In this document: piece after piece, positions 46,488 through 58,257 of the stretch
Layout: every line of letters begins with the position of its first letter
How positions within the stretch are numbered: the stretch's first letter is position 1
NCBI GenBank assembly: GCA_037447605.1
Contig: CM074809.1
Span: 982,689-1,046,688 of the forward strand
Source of the DNA: Zygnema circumcarinatum SAG 698-1b
Taxonomy: Eukaryota > Plantae > Zygnematophyceae
Direction of reading: 5' to 3'
Length of the DNA stretch: 64,000 nucleotides
The notes under the pieces: model-generated
What the model was told of the DNA's origin: nothing
The model's database searches: none
The model's input: only the letters and a program-made list of their open reading frames with translations
Made by a program: the position numbers and the translations under genes

Positions 46488-48907
46488 ATGCGGGCTGCTA
46501 CGGCCCTGCAGGTGGAGGACGAGGGCGTAACCTCGGGCTTCTCTTCTCGCCCGCTATCTCTCTCCGTCCCGCCCTCCCTCCAGCCATGGCCGGCGGAGCA
46601 GCTCCCTCCCACCCCCCACAAGCGCGTCGCGCAGACCCAGGCCGCCGCCATGACGTCCCTCGCTGCCGGCCCCGGTGGAAGCTCCGGAGCGCCGTCCATG
46701 GCGCCGCCCCCTTTTCTCTGGTCCCCTGAAGAGGCTCCGAAATGGAGCTCGCTTCCAGCGGGCGGGCCTCTGGCACCTGGAGGAGCTTTGGGTCAGACTC
46801 CAGAGCAGCCTCCGACTCCGCATAAGAGAGCGGGGAGGGGGGGAGGAGGGTTGGAGAGGGAGAGGGAGAGGGAGAGGGAGTGGTTGGTGGGAGGTTACGG
46901 GGGGGGAGGGAGGGAGACGGTAGTGAAAATGAAGAGGAGTCCGAGCATGCCGAGGTCGCCGACAATCACAAAGGAAATCAGCAGTTTAGCGGATTTATCG
47001 CAGCTCAGTGGACATGGAAATGGGGCGTGCTGTAATGAGCAGAGATGGTTGGACCTTCAGGTGTGTACAGGGGCAATGGGGCCTCCTTTTCCCCCGTTGG
47101 GCGGTGGAGTTTTCTTGCTTTGCTCTGGAACGAGAGATTTCAGTTGCCTCTGGCAATGTATGTTCTGACAGCTGCCATGCTGCAATGTTTGGATGAGCAT
47201 AAATGTTTAGGTGGTGTTTGTCCACATACAAATTAATTTCTAAGGGGTTTTTCTTTGTTCTGTTTGTGTGTATATCTATTGAACTCGGGATTCACAGCCT
47301 CTCCTCCCAGCCATTCTTGTGACGATAGCGTTGCTTTTATGGTGTCTTCGAAGCCTCTCCTCGCCGACCTTCACCTTTTGGATTTTTCCGGATGACTTCG
47401 TAACGAGATCGTGGCTGAAACTTTTTGTATTTTTTCTCCTTATCGCCTTCGCTGCTCTCCTCCTGCGGCTTTTATATCCCTCTTTTATCGTGCTTCTTCG
47501 AACGCCTGACATCTGGCAGCTCAATTTTAATCTACAATTTAATCTCAGTGGTCTGCGTAAAGGCCTATGGCCGGTGCTCAGGAGAGGAGTGAGATACTTC
47601 CATTTTACTGCAAAGAAAGATGAGCTTTTAGGCTATTATCAGAGCAAAAAGGGTTATTATAAGAGCGGGAAACCCTCGTCGGGACACGGACTTAGCTGGC
47701 AGGCCGGAAGCGTGTTCAGTTCTCCTCCTGCTAGACAGAATTCGCTCATAATGAGTGGAGGAAGTAGGAAAGTAGAGAGTCCGAAAGTTACAGGATGTGG
47801 GGTGCATACTTACTCGAATGGGGACCGTTATGAAGGTGAATTTTATCAGGGGAAATGCTCGGGAAGTGGGGTTTATTATTTTGCATTGAGCGGTCGATAT
47901 GAAGGGGATTGGGTGGATGGGAAATATGATGGATACGGCGTGGAGACTTGGTCGAGAGGAAGTCGATATCGAGGACAGTACAGACAGGGCTTAAGGGATG
48001 GTTATGGAGTGTATCGATTCTATACCGGAGACGTGTACTCGGGACTTTGGTCAAAAGGGCAAAGCCATGGAGTTGGAAGTCAGACGTGTGCAGATGGGAG
48101 CCGGTATGTGGGCGAGTTTGCATGGGGGTCCAAGCACGGATACGGAAAGTACATATTCAGGTGAGACAAGGTCGAGAAGCATTGGAAGATTCAGCCTGTT
48201 TAGCTTACACTTTAGGGATGCAGGGAAACGGGTTCTGCGGGAGGGAAAAGTTGGTCATTAAGCGGTTTTGTGTATGCATGGGGTGCTCGGCGCAGGAACG
48301 GAGATGTGTATTCGGGCGAGTATTTTGCAGATAAGATGCATGGGTTCGGGGTGTATGTGTTTGCGAATGGCCATCGGTATGAGGGGGCATGGCATGAAGC
48401 TCGGAAGCAAGGATTGGGGTGCTATACTTTTCGGAATGGAGAGACCCGTGCGGGGCATTGGAACAAAGGGGCGCTGGAGACTCGCAGCACGCATTCAGCA
48501 ACAAGTGCTTCCGCCACAGCTGTAAACCACAGCAGAGTCCTCCACGCAGTGCAGGTCTGTAGCTCGCCAGAGAATGGCCACTCCCCGCTTCTTCACTTTT
48601 AGGTCACTTTTGGGGTCTGCCCATGTTGAAGGCCCCCTATCATCGTTTTCCCTGCAGTCATTTCCCTCTCTCTCCCTCTCCATTTGCCCCCCTCTCGTTG
48701 GTTTTTTCCTGCGTTGTTTATTTCTCTTTTTGATGTGAATGAATGCAGGAAGCTCGTCGTGCAGCATCTAAAGCTGAGAATGTAATGCTGGTGGAGGACC
48801 GCGTGAGTAAGGCTGTAGCGGGAGCAAATCGGTCTGCTGTAGCGGCGAGAGTGGCGGCAGTGAAGGCAACGCAGCAGAGCTCCGGCGGAAAACTTGCGGA
48901 GCCATGA
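46488..48907 (+). CDS. Membrane-anchored MORN-repeat protein (plant MRF1/junctophilin-like family); 4 exons
   Basis: Hydrophobic segments, then YSNGDRYEGEFYQGKCSGSGVY and further MORN repeats; C-terminus VSKAVAGANRSAVAARVAAVKA. The start could be 46488 or 46650. Confidence 0.92.
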
Positions 48908-49543
48908 ACCCTTTATTTTTTATCACGACCAATATCATTCTTTCTTTCTCTCTTTCTTCTTGATGAGGAAGGCTTGCACAGCTCATCTACTCACATTTCA
49001 AGTGTGCTCAACGGAAGGCATTGAATCTGCAACATGCATATCGAGCCAAGAGACCTCGTGCAGCGAGTCGGTAATGCAGATTTCAAAATTGAAGGAGCAT
49101 CGACGATTGCCTTGGATGTCGACCTTGTTCACCTCGTCGTGGAGGAAGTGGAACTTTTGACATGAACTTGCAAGGCCGGCGGGTCTGTTAAGGGGAAGAA
49201 ATTCGCAGGCGGAGCTACTCTCTCCTTCCTCTCACAGGTGGCGCCCTTTCTCCGAATGCCCATTCCTTCACTCTTCTCTTCTCTTCTCTCAAAGGAGATG
49301 TGATGCTCCGATGGTCCAAGTTCAGTGCAGCCAAAGCTGCTGCTCGCAATGCTCATGGAGATCGGCAACAGGTCGACTTTGCTAAGTGGTTCTGGTGATG
49401 TTTCCATGACTGGCAAGTGATGTCATCGCAGCCGCATACGGCTGCATGTGATGATGTCGCCAGATACATTGTCCGCACTCTGAAGGAGCCGTACGGTACC
49501 CGCAGCAGCCTCTCTCTGTGGCGAAGAGAGTGATGTGGTGATG

Positions 49544-49640
49544 GCAGCAGTGATGATGTTTCCGTTCACCAAAGTGATGTATGTCGCAGCAGTGATGATG
49601 TTTCCGTTCACCAAAGTGATGTATGTCGCAGCAGTGATGT
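49544..49640. repeat. 42-bp direct tandem duplication
   Basis: GCAGCAGTGATGATGTTTCCGTTCACCAAAGTGATGTATGTC starts at 49544 and at 49586, with a partial third copy. Confidence 0.9.
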
Positions 49641-50639
49641 CGTGATGCAATTTGAAGACCCTCCGACGCATCCGTTGAGCGTCCTTGCTGACGTCAGCGA
49701 TGCAGCTGCCGGCGTTTCCCACGAGCTTCAACGATGATGTTCCTCTTTGGGGGGAGTCTGCCTTCCAGCAGAGGACGGTGAAGGGATGACGTGACTCTGT
49801 CACATGCACGCACTCACTCCTGTATGCAATTTCACGCACTGTTTCCTTGGCACGCATACAGCAGCATTGCTGTCCTTTTCTATACTTCAAAATGTCCCAG
49901 TATTAGTCCCAGTTCCCAGTTCGTTTCAGGAAAGTGTCAAACCAGCAGGGGCCCTGGCAACATTGCATGAGGTTGCTCACGTGTTCGAGAAACTGGCCAG
50001 CTGCCGCTGTTGTAGAGAGTGGGAACTTAGGGTCCAAGTGGCCAATGATGGAGGGCCAACGCTGGGAGTACAGTCACATGTACAGCATGCAACTGAATAA
50101 ATTGCTTTTTCGTAACTTTTCGCATCACGTTCTGCGGTTCCATGTGACTGCCGCCTTTTATGAATGTGCCTGTTTACTGTTGGCAGGACTGTTGACCTTG
50201 AGAGGACAACCTTGCTGGTTTTTTTGCTAAGGACATGGTTCAGAAACTTCAAGGCTTGGTTTCACAATACCTAGTGGGGATGTCCATTTTTTGTTTCAAA
50301 TGTGAAACGATGGAGTATGTGAGCAGTGAACAGTGAGTGCGAGCGAGATACCGAGACGGGGGAGAAAGGCCAGTAGGGAGGGAAAGGAGGACATATCCGA
50401 AATCACTATCCCGAAATTTAAATCAATTCACAATTCCACAGAAATGGAAAATAATTTGTCTGTGACTGCTCTATCTCCTACAAAAAAAAAAACCGGATTT
50501 CAAGTCCTAGCAGTCTGCCTGTCTGCCTGTCTGTACTGTACACGGGCGACACTCTGTTCAGGCAGTCTGAACACAGTCCTAAGGGGGTTCAGAGGATGGG
50601 GGGAGTTGGCCAGATGGGTGAATGGCAGAACTTCATAAG

Positions 50640-53600
50640 TCATTGCATAGTAAAAGCCGAGATGAGAGCCTTCATGCTTTGCTTTACGCTTTCGGCTTTT
50701 CTCAGCTCCTCTTCAAGCACACGGATTTTCTTCCTTGCGCTTGCCCCACCGTCCGGCAGCTTCACAGACTGCAGCCCGCCCCCCCTGACTGATATATGAC
50801 TATGCCATATATGGACATTGCTTTTCCTTCTCCGACGAGATGATATGATAGCATGTAAGATAAGTTGGCAGAGTGAAAGTGATTAAAAGAAAGAGGGACA
50901 GGCAGCAGCTCACCGGATTATGGAGGATTGCTTGCAATCGCTCGATTTGAGTTTGGAGATTGGCCACATTCTGCCGCGAGAGTAGAAGTTGTTCCCGAGC
51001 TCTTTGAAACTCGATTGGTACTGCTTCGCTCGCTGACGATGATGCCCTTCCGGCCTCCCCACTAACGCGGGTTTCCCCTTGTCTGCAAGTTATAGGGCGA
51101 GCATGATTGGAACATTATGTATCGTTTGTAAACAAACAAAGCTTGGGTGCACATGCAGTAGCGCCTAGGATGAAGGGACGAAGAAGAATGAGGAGGAAGG
51201 AAGGAGAGGTCAAGAGGCTGAGCCCGCAAACCTGTAGTGAGAAGAGGCTGAGAGGTTCCCTCCTCCTCCAGGTCGGGTGACGTATCTACCGCTACCTTGA
51301 CTCCTGCAACGACAGAGAAGGGAGGGTAAAGAGAGAGAAAGCCATAAAAAGCGATAGAGAGAGAGGGGAGGATAAGGAGAAGGAAGACCAGAAGAAAAAA
51401 GAAAAGGGGGTGCGAGCAAAGGGGAAGAGAGGGCACGAGAGAGGGGAAAGAGACATGGAAGCGAGGTCGAGGAGAGGTTGAGGACGAAAGGGAGGGAGAG
51501 CGAGGGAGGGCGCACTCTTACCTTGGGCTGTGGGGCTTCAGCAGCTCCGGCTGTTCCGGCAAGTCAGGAAGGGGAGGGGCTTCTTTGCTGAACAGAAGGT
51601 TGTGGACACTCATTCCCACAATCTTCTGCCGCTGCAAGAATGCCACGTGGGACTCCAAGTCTGAAGGCCTGCAATGATTAAACACGGAGGCGAGAAAGCG
51701 AAAGGAAAAAGAAAAGAAAAATGGATAAGGAAAAGGGAAAAGTAGGCAGCAAACGAATATGAGAGGGCACTAAGTTAATTGTTCAGCTACGGTTGTCTTC
51801 TTCCTTGACTGCGCACAACTAAAGAACTCTACTGAACTCTGAACCTAATCTTGCAGGCTGCCTATGGCACTCACAGCTGCTGCTGGTCTGCGTGCAACGC
51901 GTGCAGATGCTTCTGCGTTTCGCAGACATCAAAGCCGTGTTCCGGCACTTTAAAGAGGTCGGCCAAATCCTGCAGATTCTCCGCCATGGCCCAAAACGTG
52001 GAGAAGATGTGAGGCGACATTTCACTCAACTTCCATCTTGCCCTTTTTTTTTTTTAGAAATGGGAAGGGAGATGTTCGTACACCTCTTCACATCCAAGTA
52101 AAAGACTTCACATATCTTGCCTTGCAGAGTGAGGGCATACCTGAGAGCTGAAGTAGCGGAGCTGCTCCTTCTCCTCAGTCGCAGTCTTCATCAGGCCTCC
52201 CTTAAAGATCTGCACTTCAAAACGTAGAAAGGAGAGTTAAAGGATTATAAATGGATAGACAGATTGTACACGCCAATCCAACATATCTTTGTATACCTCT
52301 TTAGTAACAGTTGTGAAGAGGACGCAAAGTTAATGGCAAGATAAGAGTCAAGGTTGTGACCTGCTTCCTATAAATTTTTTCCTCGACCGTGCCAGCGGTG
52401 ATGAGACGATAAACTACCACGTCTCGCTTTTGTCCTATTCGGTAGGCACGATCAACACTCTGATCGTCAACCCTGCCAAAAAAAAAACCACAACATCGAA
52501 TGAAGACGAACATTACTCATCACATAAATCTTATTCACGTTCGAACCTTTTGGAAGTACTAGAAACGAGTGTTTGGAACAGACTTCAACCCTATCCTCAC
52601 TTAAATACATACGTTGGATTCCAAGAAGGGTCCATGATGACCACTCTGTCCGCTCCTGTAAGAGTGAGCCCCACTCCTCCCACTTGAGAAGTGAGCAGAA
52701 AAAAGGGAATCCTTGGGTTGTTTTGGAACTCCTGCAGGCCCAAATGTAACAAAAATCGAGGATAGTAAGCAATGGAGTCACAGACAGACAGAAGTTTAGG
52801 AAAATTTAAGGAAGCTTTTAAGGGTCGATGCATTGCCATGTTCACATAAAGATTTGGGTTAAGTGAAGGCATGCAAATTTGGACTTACGTCGACTTGTTG
52901 CGACCTCTGTTGGGGGGGTACTGTTCCATCAATCCTGCAAAACTTGACTTTCCGCTTTTCTATTTCTTTCTGTTGGCCCCATCACAAGAAGAAGTTGTGA
53001 AGCTGCAAGATTAGTCAAAGATTTTTGACTAGTAGAGAATTTAATTTAAAATAAGAGATGGAATTTGCGCATTCAACACACGGCTGTTGGTGAATCACCT
53101 GAACGATGTCTAGCATAGTCCTTTTTTCCGAAAAGATGAGCACCCGATGGCCATTCCTCACGAGCTCCTCCTTCACATTCCCAAAGAAGGAAAGAATTTC
53201 CAGAGAAACAACGTCTTTTGTCAGAAAAACAGGACCCAAAATCAATGCATAATGCGGCCCCCATATTTTGTTCTCGTGGCTGCAAGCGTGAGTGAGAAAA
53301 AGACATAGGGGAGAGCGGTGGGAGGCGAAGGCAAGAGGGAGAAGGTGCATACAAGCAAGATTATCAGAAAGTCGATCTTGCAAGAGTCGCTTGTTTCAGG
53401 GGGGGGGGCGGCCTCTCCTTCAGCCCTCCTCCTCATCATCTCCAGGGCTTCTTTCATCCCTCCAGCATCTCTCCGCCCAATGTTCATGTTGTCGACTCCC
53501 TCCACAATGTCTTCCACCGCATTCTCGTTCAGAAGAGAGGGATGGACGCATATCTTCTTCAGGACCTGCCAAAGTTTTTTGACATAAAAGGGAAATCAGC

Positions 53601-56600
53601 AATGAACTTCTGGAAGGATAGGAAAGCGGAGCTATAAAGAGGGGGAAATCAGTTTTGGGTTTGCGTTGGGCTTGTGGGGGCTTACCGTGATTGCAGCAAG
53701 GGCTGATTGAGTTTGGTTCAAGGCAGCCTTCACATGCTCTGAGTTCAGAAAGGCGTGATAAAGATTCCTCTAAAACGAATGCCACGACAATTGAACGAAG
53801 GTAAGGGGAAAAGAAACCCTCAAACTTCCCACTTTAATTGACATCTCCCTCTCACCCTCTCCCATCTCTGATTACACTTTATCCAAGCTCCCTGCATGGG
53901 GGCCATGCCGTTAAAAAGAACAGTGCAGAAATCGAGGCAAAAGAATCCGAACATGCTTTTGCAAAGGTTTAAGCTTGACTTGTACCTGTCGCTGAGTGAG
54001 CGGCAACCACACAATGAGATCTGTCTTTTTGGAAAAGTTTGGAGTGGCTGCAGATGATGATGCAGCGGAGGGGGCAGACTGCGCAGAGCAGATGTCTGCT
54101 TTCAGGCGCCGCAGCAAGAAAGGGGCAATTTTTTTCCTTAAATTCTGCAACAGAAAACGGGTGTTGAAACATGGAAGTGTTCAGTGAAAAGTGCAAAGGG
54201 ACAAAGCAATGCGCATCTCCCCATGAAACTCGAGAAGCTCGTTTTCGAATGATTATAGGATGACGATGAAAAGTTCAAGAGTTCGCCTTTTCAAAAGTTT
54301 TTGCAAAGGATTATGATTTATGTTCATCTTTTGTTGGAAATCATTCACGACAAGTCCATACCTCTGCAGCGGCATTGCCCTTGAGTTTTTCCCGCGCAGA
54401 AGCATTCTTGTCGCTACCGAATGTGATACTCTTTTCATAAATCTCCCGGAACCTAATCAGAAAAAAAAAAGCAGCTACATCATTGGCCACAATCGTCCAG
54501 AGGAGTTCCAACAGAACACATGAGTTTTTACTCTCACGTTTGCATCAGTGTTGAAATTCCATGAGACTATTAAGCCAAGACAGTCATGTTGATTGTAGTT
54601 TCAAAAGAACTTACTCGGTCTTTTCACCGAGCAAACCTTCGCAGCACAAGTTGAAAAGAGCCCACAACTCCTGTCATCATCCATTCACAAGACGCATGTC
54701 AGCACAACCTCTGCAACCAAAACCCTTTCTCCTAACCAGCCACTCTCTCCCATGATGTTTAGCAGCCGTACACGCCCATAATAAGCTGCAGAATAAACGA
54801 CGAGGTTGACTTCCCTCCCGATATAAAAAGTGTGACCTTCTAGTACACTATGCGCACCAGATTTGATTCCAATCTACGTAAAATAAAAAAAACAGACTCA
54901 CCTTCATGTGATTCTGAAGGGGAGTTCCCGTCATCAAAATGCAGTGCGAGTAGCTCAGTTTTTTCAGCCCCTGATAGGACTTTGTACTGGGATTCTTCAC
55001 TCTGTGCCCCTGAACCCATAAAACCCTTCTTGCGCTTCAGTTAAGTCACGGCTGCTGATGCACGCATCCTGTTAACATACACACAAAATCGACAAAGGAA
55101 ACTGTGAATTAAACCAGCAGCATTGCTTGGGGTTAAGGGCACAGCCGTACTTCATCCAGGATGAGATAGTCCCACAGGTTTGTGAGGTGGCTGACGTCAG
55201 GGACGGTGAGCCCACAGAGGGCCTCGGCGTGGCCGGGCACCATCTCGTAGGTGGTGAGGAGGACCCCACCAGACTGCGCAGCAAGGAGGGAAATAGTTTC
55301 AGTAATATATATATATATATATATATATATTTTTATTTTTATTTTTTTTTTTTTTTTTATTTCTCTTCAGAAATAAGCTTTTGTAACACAATTCATGAGT
55401 GATGAAAGAAGTGGGGCAGACATGCAACAGCCAAGGAAAAAACATGAACAATTGAAAATAGGTAAAGATGGAAACTAGCTTTTGTTTGAGGACATAGAAG
55501 GCTCTAGAGAACACGAATATAATAAAAATTGCAAAACCGGTAGCAAGCCATCTACAAAATGCTAGTTAATCGCAGAATAAAGGACGCAGTGAGGTGATTA
55601 TGAAACAATAGTGAATACTGTGAAAATATGACTTTGGAGGCTTTACAAAAGTAGTGAAAAAAGGAGTAAATTCAGTCACCTGTAAGGTCCGTGCGAGAGC
55701 TGCATCCCTCTGTCCTTTGCCCACGGTAGAGACATAGCTGCACAGTGCAACAAAGAAGATGGAGAGAGGGTCGAGTCAACTGAAGGTGTTGCATGTGCTG
55801 CAATTAACAGATGAAGCTAAAGCAATAGCAACACTGCAAGATTGAGTAGCAGCTGCTTACGTGTGCACCCTGTGCTTGAGTCCAACGAAGTCAAGTTCTG
55901 TTTCCCACGTCCTTATAAGAGTAGATGGGAGGACCAAAAGCACTCTCTTGGTGAGTTTAGACCGAAACAACCCAGCGATAAACGAGGCAACCTGTGAGAC
56001 TCCGCATGGAAGAACGTCAGGTCATCATAAGAGTTGCCTTAGAATATGTTTGAAGGTCGTGAATAAGCAACAGTGTATATCCTACTCCATACAAACCGTA
56101 TGAGCAATTTCATCATCTTTGATTATTAGCACAAATATAAACACATTCAAGTCCTACCATGTCTCCTGTTCAGAGTTCCGATGTACAAACAGACATTACC
56201 ACGTTCCAATCATGAGACCATGATCATCACATTTTTTTTTTTTTTTTTATCAATTTTGATGTTACATTTGATTCCATAGAACAAGTCTATAGGCTGTATG
56301 ACTCGCCTGCCGAGTCTTGCCAAGGCCCTGCAGGACAAAGCAACACATGACAACTTGTCAATGCGAAATTATTCATTAAAAAAAGCTGCAACGAGGAACA
56401 CTCTTAATTTGCCTCACTTTCTCGCCGTGCGAATCCAAAAAAGTGAGAGTGAAATTTTCAAAACTGACTTTGAGGGACAGTTGCAGAAAGGAGGAAAGTA
56501 AAAGTACGGGGAGCTGAAGCTCTCCTCACTTTCGGGCCCATCATATGAGACAACCAATATCAGCGAAGCATCCTCAACATCAGCAGCAGGAAAAAAGTTG

Positions 56601-57115
56601 ACAAAGTTCACCATATCATCGCCGAGAATCCCTCCGCGCCCCATCTTGTGCAGGCCCCACATCCACTGTATGCCCTCCCGCTGGTGAGGGTATAGGCCCG
56701 CAGCTAAAGTCCCAGGGAGCAAAAATTCTCCGTCACCAAGAACAAAATCTGTTGGGACAGTTTTCTTGGAAGTTGGGGGCAAAACCTCTTCCTCGTCGTC
56801 ACTTCCAAGATCTATCGATGCAATTTTCTGCGCAACATTTTGGAATGGCTCCACTTCGCATACTCCACTGGCCCCTGGACGACGAGGTTGGATTCCGCCA
56901 TTTTCCTTTTCTATACTCAAGCCGCGCATCATCTCCGTCAGGGAAGGGCTTTGCAAGCTGCCGCCATTGCCGCATGCAGCTCCTTCACTCGCCAGAGCAT
57001 TCTTCCTCCTCTCTGCCTCTCTCCTCTTCATGACAAGCTCCTCCAGAGCCTTCCTGCTGCTCTCGTTCGGAGGAACCACTCGAGCTTCCCGAATCTTTGG
57101 CTGCGCAGGATCCAT
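50640..57115 (-). CDS. CHR24: SNF2-family helicase CHR24 / ERCC6L (PICH)-like; multi-exon
   Basis: [118 protein letters not shown] and C-terminal KLPDGG coiled coil. Confidence 0.9.
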
Positions 57116-57309
57116 GGCAGCCGGATTCCGCCACTCCTTCCCTTAGTCAATTCCTTCCCTTTTCTTCCCTCTCTCTCTCCTCCCTCTCTCCCTCTCCTCC
57201 CTCTCTCCCTCCTCTCTCCCTCGCTCCCTCCTTTCCTTCCTCTCTCCCTCCCTCTCTCTTTCCCTCTCTCCCTCCCTCCCGCTCCCGCTCCTCCCGCAGC
57301 TTTCAAATC

Positions 57310-57320
57310 CCCAACGGTCA
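57310..57320. promoter_or_regulatory. MSA-like (MYB3R) element near the CHR24 5' end
   Basis: CCCAACGGTCA fits the YCYAACGGYYA consensus, about 200 bp upstream of ATG 57115. Confidence 0.4.
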
Positions 57321-58165
57321 ACCAGCGCCGTACTTGACCGTACACATTGTTGCTGGCCAATCACAGATGTCCTCGCCGGTTGAACCCAATCTGCTCTGAA
57401 GTTGAACGCTTGAATTCACTTATAAGTGGATTGCCGTACGAATCCAACAGTTGATTCAAGTGATGAGTGTACGGAATGGATCAGCAGATGGACCTACTTC
57501 CATTAATGTGAACTATTAAATTTTTGGCTGTTCAGAAAAAAAAACTACTCGTAATCCGTTTTCAAAATAAAAACTGTTTCCGCTTTAGGTTTCTGTTTTT
57601 ATTTTGGAACAAAGGTCCTTGTTCAAATGAGAATCCAATATGAAACTAATTGAACATTGAACAATTAACTCTCGGTCGTGTTCAATTTTAATTTACTTTG
57701 CATCCACCAATCAACAATGAGATCCTGGTAATCTCAAAGCGCCCGTTCAAATTCTGCCCGTTTCCGTTTCCGTACAATACGGAAATCGTTGATCTGGTGC
57801 AAAAAGTCGTACGGCGAAAATTGATCCGGAGCTAAGCAAATCTCGCAGATTGCCTGAATCCTACGTGGAAAAAAGTGGAATTCACAATTGTAACCGAACA
57901 GATTGAGACTTTGCACAATTGAACTATGATTCTACATTGTTAAATATAGAAAACTGTTCATTTCGAGTATTTAAAGTTCAAATGAAACCTTTTCATTTGA
58001 ACTTTGAACAATTCCAAAAAAAAGGCTCAACAGTTCAAATGAATGGTAGCAGGGGTAAATCGCCGTAGGAAGGGTCTGGATCCATTTCAGCCGGAGCCAT
58101 GTGAGCCATGCCTGGCCATCTGGCGACCCTTCCAACCCTCCATGGCATGGCTTGGCACCCACTCG

Positions 58166-58198
<33 letters not shown>

Positions 58199-58257
58199 AC
58201 TCTCTCTCTCTCTCGTAATGTTGGCTGTTGCCCGGCAGGCAACAATATGGTAATGAG

